In this document: positions 1-11,385 of the stretch, in pieces
How the letters are laid out: every line of letters begins with the position of its first letter
How positions within the stretch are numbered: position 1 is the stretch's first letter
Assembly (NCBI GenBank): GCA_032718475.1
Contig: JAUCBJ010001204.1
Coordinates: 1 to 64,000 of the forward strand
DNA from: Nemertoderma westbladi
Taxonomy: Eukaryota > Animalia > Xenacoelomorpha
DNA: 64,000 nucleotides
Reading direction: 5' to 3'
The notes under the pieces: generated by a model
The model's database searches: none
What the model saw: the letters and a program-made list of their open reading frames with translations, nothing else
Told to the model about the DNA's origin: nothing
Position numbers and translations under genes: made by a program

Positions 1-23
1 CTATTGTCGTTACCGGTACGTAC

Positions 24-984
24 CATTTCATGGATCGATTCCAGGAATACGGACTCGTCGCAAACGCAACAGGTCCGCTGACCCATTCCGTCGTCCCCCA
101 AACTCCGAGTCATTTTGTCCCAAACTCGTGTTCTGTCCTCGAGAGTTGGAACAGTCACTGTAACTGGTGGAGGATCGGTGACGTTACCTTCAGCAACGCG
201 CCTCATCCGATCCGCTGCAACGGCCCTCCGATGGGGTTCGGGGTTGACACGTTGGTTGCGCGCAACGTTCTCGCGATGGACCTCCGGATTATTAATCCGG
301 TATTCCTCCACTCTTGCACGATGGGGTTCGGGGTTAACACGTTGGTTGCGCGCAACGTTCTCGCGATGGACATCCGGATTATTAATCCGGTATTCCTCCA
401 CTCTTGCACGATGGGGTTCGGGGTTGACGCGTTGGTGGAGCAAGGCGGCGCTCCGATGGGGTTCGGGGTTAACACGTTGGTTGCGCGCAACGTTCTCGCG
501 ATGGACCTCCGGATTATTAATCCGGTATTCCGCTACACTCGCACGATGGGCAGCACGCCGTCGCGATTCCGCCGTAAACTGGGCACGGACTCTGACACAC
601 GATATCTCGTACTGTGCGTTATCTTGCAGACTCCCAGGCACTCCCCTATAGAAACCGGCAACAAGTTCGTCAATAGTTGAGTAAATGGTTAGCGCAGCGA
701 CGCCCTCGGGCGAAGGTAAACCTTGGGCATCCCGCGCGTGGGAGTCGAACAGGAAGAACGAAGAGTCAGAGTCTTTACCGATCATCACCGTTATATCGAA
801 TGACGTTAGAATGGCGAGATCGGAACGCAGGAAGGCTTGGGTAACTCCCTGCAGTAAGTTACCATATCCTGGGATAGGATTGGGCGCCCCAGCAATGAGA
901 TCCAAAACTGTGAACTCAGCCTTGAGATCCTTGGCAGTAAACGTCGCTGGAATATCGCGGTGTTGCAAAGCCAGTGGAGATTGT
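24..984 (-). CDS. Exon 3 of VTD deubiquitinase gene: DSH catalytic motif, 15-aa repeats, CxxC; gene continues off window edge
   Basis: Acceptor ttttag| at 985, phase 2 matches exon 2, open for 961 nt. Contains FFLFDSHARDAQGLPSPEGVAAL, NPE(P/V)HR repeats and TCCVCDESVF. Candidate donor atg|gtacgt at 23. Confidence 0.85.
225..555 (-). repeat. Coding tandem repeat, 45-bp (15-aa) units arranged as 90-bp dimers
   Basis: atggggttcgggg at 231, 321, 411 and 456. Encodes NPEPHRARVEEYRIN / NPEVHRENVARNQRV in exon 3. Confidence 0.9.
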
Positions 985-2124
985 CTAAAAGTTAAGTCAC
1001 AATAATAATAAGTTTACAGCTGACACAATTTCACATACACGATTTGGTGAAGCCATGAAAGATATGGATATGTGCTCGTCTCGTATGCTGTACGGCATAT
1101 GTACTTTATACTACTATCATTAACGGTTGGCTTAAGGACCAAGGAAAAATATCTAGCCTATATAACATGTCAATAGGTGTAAACGAAATGAAGAAACGAA
1201 ACGTCAAGGCGATGTCCATGAATTACATAACGCCAGGCAGGGTGCATGTCGAATAAAAATATTCTAGATTTATCATTAATAAAGATGGGTATGGGGGGGG
1301 GGGGGGTATTTGGTTACTGTCGTCGTTATGTAATGTGTGTGGGGGGATAGCTGAAGCCAACAATTGAAATATTTACCTGTCGGGGTAGTCAAATGATAAA
1401 CGTTTTATCTAAATGTAATTGAATGTTTAGATTTTATTACCTAGATAATTACCGGTGCCTTAGGATATGGCGTATAATGCATAACAACAGTGGTATAATA
1501 TAAAGTTATAATAGCAGGGGTTGACTAAATCCAAAGGTAACATTATTTATTAATAATTATTAATTATATTATTATAGTTAATTATAATAATATTATAATT
1601 TACACTCATCCGAAAATGCAGGGGGTAATTTAAGGCTAAATAATATGGTGCCAAAAATAAGTCAAGTCTACATCTGTACCTTCAACTACAACTTATATGG
1701 GGGTATGCGGTATGCCCCGCCCCTCTAACTAATATCTACAAGACGTCAGCAAACTGACTAAGTTATGTACTGTATTCCGGACTCTACCTGTACGGTAAAC
1801 CAATAATTGTTACAGAGATAATTTAATATTATAGCCTATTTTATTATGCTAAGTGTAAAAAAGTGAAAATTAAATAAATTTATTATATAAGCGAAATTAT
1901 ATAAAAGTTTTGTCATAAAATAACACAGTTTACAACGAATAGAGATTGAAATTCGAGGGACAATTATGAATATTTAAGGGCCAATGGCATTGATATCCGA
2001 AATTCCGCAAAATTATGCCAAATTATCCCTGCCCTACGGCCGAGTTTTTTAGGTCTAGGGTTACATTATTATTTAATTATAAATAGGTACCGGTATAAAA
2101 ATGTACCCGTAGTAAAAAACTTAC

Positions 2125-2281
2125 GACAGTTGTTGGAATAGTTGATCTCCCCCAGTGACAATATAATCGACTGTCTCACTATTCCATAGAACTGGGTTTG
2201 ATATGGCAGCCATTCCAGCGGCGTAAGCAGCAACAGCGGTGCATTGAACCCCTCGCGACAATACCGGAAACCGTAAGTCAC
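2125..2281 (-). CDS. Exon 2 of VTD/peptidase C76-like deubiquitinase (catalytic Cys)
   Basis: Acceptor ttacag|, 157 nt, phase 1 to phase 2, donor |gtaagt. Translates GDLRFPVLSRGVQCTAVAAYAAGMAAISNPVLWNSETVDYIVTGGDQLFQQL, matching the GDxRF..SRGxQC...W....D.I...GD.L family pattern. Confidence 0.85.
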
Positions 2282-3232
2282 CTGTAAGCAACAAAATTAT
2301 AATATAAATTAAAACATACCGTTACCGTATATTATTACACAATGTAGCAATAATAATGAAGGAAACGAGCAGCCCTTTATAACCAAAACAATAAAAGATA
2401 ATAGCACAAGCACTGACAGACTGAAACAAGATGTACAGTAAAATGTGGGTGCCTCGTGCCTGTAGTGTAATCTTGTCAGCTTGTGAGCGCAACTTTCATT
2501 ACATAGTATACATACATACAGACATAGGCCTACTACTGTACTATCAGTATAGGCCTATTAGTTACAAAATATTACCATAGGGTCCATCTTTCTTACAACT
2601 ACCTATAGCGCTCTATAAAGAGGCAGTTTCGTAATGGACATTATTATGTTTGTTTACATTACAGTACCGGTAATACCGGTACCGGTACATTGAAATGACT
2701 CATTTTTAGTTTTAGATAGGCCGAACTTTTTTATTTTGACGAGTGATATTGTTGGGAAAGTGACTCATTGGGCAAGTGACTGCACTGCACCCCGTCTTGA
2801 TGAGACTGACATTATTTCAATCATTCAAAGACTGCTTACTACGTCAGTTCAGTCTGTCAGTATGTGGGATAATGTATTGTATCTATCGGTCTATACTGAT
2901 ACTGCTATAACTAAAACTTACCGGCAACTAAAATTTTAGCAGGATCAAAACTGTCAGACTGTAACAGAAACTGCATTGCTAAATTTTGTAATACGGCTAC
3001 TGAAACTGTAACATAAAAACCTTGAATACTGAAACTGTAACTAAATTAGCCAAAATTGATTCAGATCTCAACACTAACTAGACCTGTAGGTGTAGACCTA
3101 GTGCCTAGGCCTACTGCACATACCGGTCTGCCGGTACCGGTACTCTGCTACTGAGTAAACTCCACACTCTATGCTGTACACAATACACTAACGCTACCTT
3201 GACAACTTGACAGGTCTATAAATTAAACTAAC

Positions 3233-3680
3233 CTTGATGGAAGCTCCCAGCCCTCCGAGTAGCACTGCAAATGATACTGGCGGAGCTGGAAGCTCTTCCT
3301 CTTCTTGGAACCGGTGCGATATTAGAAATTCGCTCGCTTCCAGTGGCTGCACGGTCGGAGGTAGGTAGACGAAAAAGCCCACCCGCTCCCGCCACTGGTA
3401 GCGCAACGCCGTCAGTTGTGGTGGTCGACATAACGACGTCCGGTCCCGCCACCGCGGCCCCGCCACTCGTAGCGGGAGCAGAAGCTTCTCCTATAGATGC
3501 AGTAGCGGTGTTTCCACCAGTGCTGCATCTCCTCAACCTACCACTGTCTCCACCGGACAGTTGAGAAACTTCGACTCCCGCTACATCGACGTCCCGCCGC
3601 GGTAGCGATGAAGAAGGTGGATCCGGAAGCTCCTTGCGAACGGAATGAAAGTTAAACTTAGTCCGTTTTTTCGGAGGCAT
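3233..3680 (-). CDS. Exon 1 of spliced viral-tegument-like deubiquitinase (peptidase C76/VTD) gene, probably Helitron/Helentron-encoded
   Basis: ATG at 3680 (MPPKKRTK, NLS-like), low-complexity linker, ends ...GSFHQ-G|gttagt (phase 1 donor). SFHQG is the oxyanion-Gln motif upstream of the catalytic Cys in herpes tegument-type DUBs. Confidence 0.75.
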
Positions 3681-3821
3681 AGTGAGATAGTAGATAAGTG
3701 TCTGATTGTGGTGATGGATGATGGAAAATCTCGGACAATCGTTAATGGCAGAATTGAAGAAAGCAATACAATACAAACAAACAAACTGATAAAACCAATG
3801 ATAATAATTACCGGTGGGCCT

Positions 3822-4360
3822 CGGTCCTACGAATTACCCAAAAAAACACAAAATTACCCAAAAATACACAAAAAAACACAAAAAACACAATATTACCCAA
3901 AAAACTTAGGCCTACCGAAAAAGACAAAAATTATTTATATCCTAGGGTTGGAAAAATAAGACTGTAACCTGTGTTCTTTGGTTATCGTTTATTGTTTTGG
4001 TTAGAAAAGCCTGCTACTGTAACCTGCTCCTTTCCATTAATTAAGAAATCTGATTTTGTATGCTGTCTGGCAGTCTGGGTGGGTAGGCTTACCAGTAAAC
4101 CGGTGGCAGTAGGTCATTAAAGGAATCTTCAAATAGGCCTAGGCCTAAACAAAATGTAATATTTTGAAAAAAGTGAAAATTGAAAACTGAAACGTGAAAC
4201 TCTTCTTACAATTAACCTAAATCTTATTGTAGATACATTGTTTATTAAAAACATTTTTTTTGTCTTTTTGGGTAGGGGTACCTAGGCCTACTTTTTTTGG
4301 GTCATATTGTGTTTTTTTGTGTATTTTTGTCTGTTTGTGTTTTTTTGTTTGTTGTGTGTA
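3822..4360. mobile_element. Degenerate foldback/MITE-like element
   Basis: A-rich repeats (aaaaaacaca..ttacccaaaa..aaaaagacaaaaa) at the left are mirrored by T-rich reverse complements at 4255-4360. Contains one copy of the ~62-bp dispersed repeat. Confidence 0.45.
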
Positions 4361-4849
4361 TTTACTGCAGTCAGTCAGTCAGTAGGCCTACTGGTAACTG
4401 GCATTGGCAGATTGGCGCCCGGCAGTAGGGAACATACCCTTAAATAAGCTCCAAAAGTGGGTTCTTATTTAAGGAAAATGGCTCTTATTTAGGGGTTTTT
4501 GGGCCTTTTTTGGATATTTTTTCGACATAATGTGCAAGAACTTATTTCAGGAAAAAATACCGCATAATTTTATTTCACAATATAAAAGTTGGGTCTTTCT
4601 TGAACATAATGCAAAATACCAGAAAACATTTCACCGTCCGGTTTTTTTTCTACAAGCGTTTTAAAATTGCATCAAAAATACGACCAGTTCCTAAATAAGA
4701 GGGATTTTTTAAATTTACCTTATTTAAGACATCGAGATTGTACACATAAATACTAAAAGTCCTTAAATAAGAACTTTTTGACATGGGTTTCTTTTTCTTA
4801 TTTAGGTATACAATTTCATTCCAAAATCTGCATATTCCTTATCCTTAAA

Positions 4850-5190
4850 TAAATTAAATATTTATCATTTCTCATATATTAAATAAATAAAATAAAATAA
4901 ATTAATTAAATTAATTAAATTAAATTAAATAAAAAAATTAAATTAATAAAATTAAATAAATTAATTAAATTAATACAATTAAATAAATAAATTAAATTAA
5001 ATATCCTTATATAATGTCTCTTATAACCTCGTCTCCCATCCTAATTAAATCTCCTAATTAAATTAATTAAATTAAATTAAATAAAAAAATTAAATTAATA
5101 AAATTAAATAAATAAATTAAATTAATACAATTAAATAAATAAATTAAATTAAATATCCTTATATAATGTCTCTTATAACCTCGTCTCCCA
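4850..5190. repeat. AT-rich (AATTA)n-like low-complexity region with a ~140-bp duplication
   Basis: taaatatccttatataatgtctcttataacctcgtctccca occurs at ~5000 and ~5150. Confidence 0.8.
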
Positions 5191-5339
5191 GCCCCGTCCT
5201 CCTTCTGCCCTTATCTGCTTATGACAGTTACGACCTCCTAACTGCCTAACCTGGACAGGACATTGCAAGACTGCAAGATACAGAGCAGCAGAGATAGGCC
5301 TAAGGGAGCTTCTGAGCTTAATTTGATAGGTGCAAAGAT

Positions 5340-6938
5340 GCACAACGAGCAACAATGGCCAACAATAAGCAACAACGAGCAGCAACTGAACAATGAGTAA
5401 CAAAACAACGAGCAACAACGAGTAACAACGAGCAACTACGAGTAACATTGAGCAACAATAAGCAATAATAAAGTACAACAACGAGCAATAATGAGGAACA
5501 ACGACTGAACGAGCAACATGAGCAACAAAGAGTAACATTGAGAAACAACGAGCAACAATGAGCAATAATAAAGTACAACAACGAGCAACAACGAGGACAT
5601 TAGGAACAACGAGTAACAATGAGAAACAATGACAATGAGCAACTATGACAATGAGTAACAACGAGTAACATTGAGCAACAATGAGCAATAATAAAGTATA
5701 TCAACGAGCAACAATGAGAAGCACTGAGCAACAATAAAGAACAACAACAACTGAATGAGCAATAATGAGCAACAACGCCTGAACGAGCAATAATAAAGTA
5801 CAACAACGATCAACAATGAGTAATAATGAGCAACAACGGGCCATAATAAAGTACAACAACGAGCAACAACGAGGACATGAGGAACAACAAGTAACAATGA
5901 GAAACACTGAGCAACAATGAGCAATAATAAAGACAACAACGACTGAACGAGCAACAACGAGTTATATTGAGCAACAATGAGAAATAATAAATTATAACAA
6001 CGAGTAACATTGAGCAACAACGAGCAACAATGATAAACACTGAGCAACAATGAGCAATAATAAAGAACAACAACGACTGAACGAGCAACAATGAGTTATA
6101 TTGAGCAACAATAAGCAATAATAAAGTACAACAACGAGCGACAATGAGCAACAACGAGTAATATTGAGCAACAATGAGCAATAATAAAGTACAACAACGA
6201 GCAATAATGAGCAACAATGACTGTGAACGAGCAACAACGAGTTATATTGAGCAACAATGAGCAATAATAAAGTACAACAACGAGCGACAATGAGCAACAA
6301 CGAGTATTATTGAGCAACAACTGAACAATGAGCAATAATAAAGAACAACAACGAGCAATAATGAGGAACAACGACTGAACGAGCAACAACGAGTTAGGCC
6401 TATATTGAGCAACAATGAGCAATAATAAAGTCAACAACGAGCGACAATGAACAACAACGAGTAATATTGAGCAACAACGAGCAACAATGGGCAATAATAA
6501 AGTACAACAACGAGCAACAATGAGGAACAACGATTGAACAAGCAACAACGAGTTAGGCCTATATTGAGCAACAATGAGCAATAATAAAGTCAACAACGAG
6601 CGACAATGAACAACAACGAGTAATATTGAGCAACAACGAGCAACAATGAGCAATAATAAAGTACAACAAGAAGCAACAATGAGCAACAACTAGCAATAAT
6701 AGAGTACAACAACGAGCAACAACGAGCACAATGAGCAACAACGAGCAATAATAAAGTACAACAACGAGCAACAACGAGCACAATGAGCAACAACGAGCAA
6801 TAATAAAGTACAACTAACGAGCAACAATGAGCACCAACAAGCAACAATGAGCAACAACGTGAACCAATTAGCAACAATGACCAACAACGAGAAATAATAA
6901 AGCACAACGAGCAGCAATGAGCAAAAACGAGCAACAAA
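5340..6938. repeat. Degenerate CAA-rich minisatellite (gagcaacaat/gagcaacaac units)
   Basis: About 1.6 kb of 9-10-bp related units. Source of the many spurious Leu/Cys-rich ORFs. Confidence 0.9.
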
Positions 6939-6964
6939 CTGCGTCGAACCAGATTGAATGTGGG

Positions 6965-7305
6965 GGAGAGGCACGTTCAAGTGAGTGAAGCCTAGCATAT
7001 GGGTGCCATTAACGAGTTGTCTGTCGTCGATGTCGTCGTAAATTTTTTTTCGCTAATAACTCGGTCATTCCTTGATGAAATTAAACGAAACTTAGTACGT
7101 ATGTACTACTGTCAAAAGATTAGAAATAATCTGAAGTTTGGTAAAAAACAAACGAACGCAATGAGGCAAATTAAGGAAGGAGACGAGTATTGTGTTGAAC
7201 GACCTCTGACTAACGGAATATAACACGTCAGTGGGGCCCCTATCAGCTAGGGCTAGCTAAGGCTTTGCTCACTTCATGCTGCGCAAAGGTCCCATGAACG
7301 TGTCC
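6965..7305. mobile_element. Short interspersed element with subterminal inverted repeats (MITE/HINE-like)
   Basis: cacgttca..agtgagtgaagcc mirrored by ggctttgctcact..tgaacgtg. Core cgctaataactcggtcattccttgatgaaattaaacgaaactt is shared with the copy at ~13080. Confidence 0.5.
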
Positions 7306-8914
7306 CACTGCTGCCTGAGCCAGTTGAGCCAAAACGTCATCCAGTCATCATCTTTAACCTTCATAACGTCTATCAGCTGCCCGACCGAACCATCTCTGTG
7401 CCTATTGACAGATTGACATGATATTGACATTGGTTTTTACACGCCTTTCAAGTACAACATTGTGGATAATCCATCTAACTGTCTAAGTGGGGCGTAACGT
7501 GGAGCAGAAGAGGAAATGCAGGACACAAGTTAATTTTTCGAAACTGTGCGGTGATGCCCAGTTACTTGAGTCATGTCTCATATCGAAATACGTGACAATG
7601 TCTGTGCGCTTAGATGGGCGATGGGCTATTCTTTTGAATATCATTGGGCTATTCTATACATACAATATACAGATATGGCAATATACAGACTGACATAAAT
7701 CAAAGAATTATGAAAGAAGTGTAACACCTACCGATACTGTTACTGTACAGCTGTAAGGAATATGGAATACAGGAATAAAGAATATTTAATTTATTTAAGG
7801 AGTGTGCAGATTTTGGAATACAATTGTACCGGTATTCCTAAATAAGAACCACAGGTCAAAAAGTTATTATTTAGGGACTTTTAGTATTTATGTGTACAAT
7901 TTCTACTATATCTTAAATAAGGTAAATTTAAAAAATCCCCCTTATTTAGGAACTGGTCGTATTTTTGATGCAATTTTAAAACGCTTGTAGAAAAAAAACC
8001 GGACGGTGAAATGTTTTCTGGTTTTTGCATTATGTTCAAGAAAGACCAAACTTTTACATTGTGAAATAAAATTATGCGGTATTTTTTCCTGAAACAAGTT
8101 ATTGCATATTATATCGAAAAAATATCCAAAAAAGGCCCAAAAACCCCTAAATAAGAGCCATTTTCCTTAAATAAGAACCCACTTTTGGAGCTTATTTCAG
8201 TATTTAAGGGTATGTTCCCTACTGCCCGGCAGCCTGGAGCAGTGGAGTGGCAGCCTGGCAGTCCCGTCTGAGTTAATGGAGGAAGGCAGTCTGCTGTCTA
8301 CAGTCTACAGGTCTGGCTCTGGCATCTGGCGAACCGACCGCTGGACCGTACACGTACTGACTGACTGACGTAGGCTTGTAGTTGTAGCGCTGTACACTGT
8401 AGGCCTACAGCCGTACTGCAACTGCAGTAGGCCTACTGGCCGTATGCTGTACTGCATACTAGCATACTGTAATTAGCATACTGTGTACAGAGCTGCCAGG
8501 GCAGTAGGCTGTATATACTCCTGACTGCGCGATATCTGTGCTGCTGTCTGGCTGTGCTGTACCGGTACCGACCAAGCTGCTAGCCGACTGCAGACTGGTA
8601 TGTCAGTCAGTATGTGGTATGGTAGGCCTACTTATGTTCTAACAACTGCTGAACTGGCTGTGGAATCAATATAATCCAGTAATCATGTACTGTAATACTG
8701 TACTAGCTGTATTTTGTGATTGTCATAGTCTGATAGTGTACTGTACAGCTGTAGAGGCTAATTTCTGTAGAGGCTTAATGAATTCAGTTAGGGCCATTCA
8801 TCAGTTCAGTTCAGATACACTCATTAACCTACAGACCTATGTAATAAATATTTGCATTGGATTTCGACAGAAGAGCTATCAGCTGGCTACACTAATTTAT
8901 ATTACAAACACACA

Positions 8915-9345
8915 GTTAGTGAGAGAGTAATACAGTAGTAAAACTAATAACTGATCTACAGTATGAATATTGCCTTCCTAAAGCCAACAGTAAACACACA
9001 GTCTCCACAGTATTAATGTTGGCATTAATGTAGCCAACACACTGTGTACCTAACAGTCATTCAGCTAGTGAGAGTGTAATACAGTAGTAAAACTAATAAC
9101 TGATCTACAGTATGAATATTGCCTTCCTAAAGCCAACAGTAAACATACTGTCTCCACAGTATTAATGTTGGCATTAATGTAGCAGTTATTCAGCTAGTGA
9201 GAGTGTAATACAGTAGTAAAACTAATAACTGATCTACTATGAATATTGCCCTCCTAAAGCGCCAACAGTAAATATACAGTCTCCACAGTATTAATGTTGG
9301 CATTAATGTAGCCAACACACTGTGTACCTAACAGTCATTCAGCTT
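8915..9345. repeat. Tandem repeat, ~130-150 bp unit, 3 copies
   Basis: gtaatacagtagtaaaactaataactgatcta...cagtattaatgttggcattaatgtagc repeated three times. Confidence 0.85.
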
Positions 9346-9789
9346 GTGTTAGCCTTACAGGGTATCAGTACGAGGCTGAGTAAACATTCTGCCTTATAAG
9401 CATATAGCCTCGTACAGTATTAATGTTGGTCGAAAGATTTAAAAATAAAATACAGTGCAATAGTTTACTGTAACTAACAGTCAATCAGCTTGCACTAAAT
9501 GTCAATTACCTATAAAACATTTTGAATGCCAGTCAGCCTAACAGTCATTCAGCTTACATTAGCAGAGTGAGATATTCCCATAGAATGCATTGGGAAGAGT
9601 AATTCAGCCCAGGCGATAATAGATTTCAAACTAAATCAACCAGTTAATATTTGCTTTGACAGAGAGTGCAGGGCCTAAACAAACAGTATGGGTGTACTGA
9701 GTACAATAATCTTGGCAACCTCATCGATTTATACTAAGCCTTGTGTAGAAATGCATTACATAAGCCATTTTTCATCAGGACACCAGCTG

Positions 9790-10017
9790 TCATGGGTGTT
9801 ATTTTTTTACCATTGCGCCTATGGCGTTTTTTTCGTTTATCTCTATTTTTCGAGCCCAGAGGCTATGGACGGAGTAGCCGATCATGCCAGGGACCTTAGA
9901 ATCGCGGTATCTAGATGCTGTGAAAATTTCATCAAAATCGTTAGAGCAGTTTTGGCTGTAGATCAGCCAGTCAGTCAGCCAGTCAGCCAGTCAGCTAACA
10001 ATTCTTACAGTAATCAA
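9790..10017 (-). mobile_element. Partial tandem copy of the terminal region of the adjacent HINE-like element
   Basis: About 215 bp nearly identical to 11965-12175. Confidence 0.75.
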
Positions 10018-10097
10018 GTCTAACGACTTGCTAACTAGTGACGGGCCTAGCGGCCCGATAAGGAACCGACTTTTTATTTCAAATAAAAGAGACAACA

Positions 10098-11116
10098 AGC
10101 TCGGCTCGGTCTTGCACGATTGGGCACGATTAAGTTCGACTTGGCTTGATCGGCTCGGTTTGGCTCGATTAGGCTCGGCTCGGCTCAGCTCGGCTCGGCT
10201 CGGCTTCGGCTCGGCTCGGCTCGGCTCGGCTCGGCTCGGCTCGGCTCGGCTCGGCTCGGCTCGGCTCGGCTCGGCTCGGCTCGGCTCGGCTTGGTTCGGC
10301 ACGGCTCGAATCGGCTCGGCTCGGCTCGATTAGGCTCGGCTCGGCTCGGCTCAGCTCGGCTCGGCTCAGCTCGGCTCGGCTCGGCTCGGCTCGGCTCGGC
10401 TCGGCTCGGCTCGGCTTGGTTCGGCACGGCTCGAATCGGCTCGGCTCGGCTCGATTAGGCTCGGCTCGGCTCGGCTCGGCTCGGCTCGGCTCGGCTCGGC
10501 TCGGCTTGGCTCGGCCTGGCTCGGCTCGGCTCGGCTCGGCTCGGCTCGGCTCGGCTTGGTTCGGCACGGCTCGAATCGGCTCGGCTCGGCTCGGCTCGGC
10601 TCGGCTCGGCTCGGCTCGGCTTGGCTCGGCTTGGCTCGGCTTGGCTCGGCTCGGCTCGGCTCGGCTCGGCTCGGTTCGGTTCGGTCTCGGCTCGATCTCG
10701 GCTCGGCTCGGCTCGGCTCGGCTCGGCTCGGCTCGGCTTGGCCTGGCCTGGCTCGGCTCGGCTCGGCTCGGCTCGGCTCGGCTCGGCTCGGCTCGGCACG
10801 GCTCGGTTCGGTTCGGCTCGGCTCGGCTCGGCTCGGCTCGGCTCGGCTCGGCTCGACTCGGCTCGGCTCGGCTCGGCTCGGCTCGGCTCGGCTCGGCTCG
10901 GCTCGGCTCGGCTCGGCTCGGCTCGGCTCGGCTCGGCTCGGCTCGGCTCGGCTCGGCTCGGCTCGGCTCGGCTCGGCTCGGCTCGGCTCGGCTCGGCTTG
11001 GCTCGGCTCGGCTTGGCTCGGCACGGCTTGGCTCGGCTCGGCTCGGCTTGGCTCGGCTCGGCTCGGCTCGGCTCTGCTCGGCTCGGCTCGGCTTGGCTTG
11101 GCTCGGCTTGGCTCGA
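10098..11116. repeat. (GGCTC)n pentanucleotide microsatellite, ~1 kb
   Basis: Direct inspection. Gives spurious SRAEP/ARLGS ORFs. Confidence 0.97.
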
Positions 11117-11129
11117 TCTGAGTCGACTC

Positions 11130-11385
11130 CCCGTGCTCCTCAAAGGGCGCAAATACATATATCGAAGGGTCAAAGCAAAACTCACGTGCTGCTCGAAGGG
11201 ACAAAGTCAAACAATGTGTCTATGATGTCTTTGATGTAATTCACGTGCTGCTCGAAGGGCGCAAATACATATATCGAAGGGTCAAAGCAAAACTCACGTG
11301 CTGCTCGAAGGGACAAAGTCAAACATTGTGTCTAATATTTGATTAACTCACGTGCTGCTCGAAGGGCGCAACTACATATATCGAA
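11130..11385. repeat. Short tandem repeat (cacgtgctgctcgaaggg units, ~55/110 bp)
   Basis: Motif recurs at ~11133, 11183, 11242, 11295 and 11349. Confidence 0.75.

Larger units (their letters stand above)
4423..8224. mobile_element. Non-autonomous long-TIR DNA transposon (~3.8 kb)
   Basis: Near-perfect inverted repeats of ~370-400 bp (CAGTAGGGAACATACCCTTAAAT... / ...AAGGGTATGTTCCCTACTG), flanked by direct repeat CCCGG (GCCCGGC if the boundary is shifted by 1). No transposase inside. Confidence 0.85.

Noticed and set aside
30-1005. Plus-strand ORFs 30-680, 115-651 and 685-1005
   Set aside because: They are antisense shadows of the minus-strand DUB exon, which carries recognisable motifs.
5173-6998. 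Many Leu/Val/Cys-rich 'membrane protein' ORFs
   Set aside because: They are translations of the CAA-rich minisatellite.
9991-11239. SRAEP/ARLGS repeat proteins
   Set aside because: Artefacts of the (GGCTC)n microsatellite, which is open in all frames.
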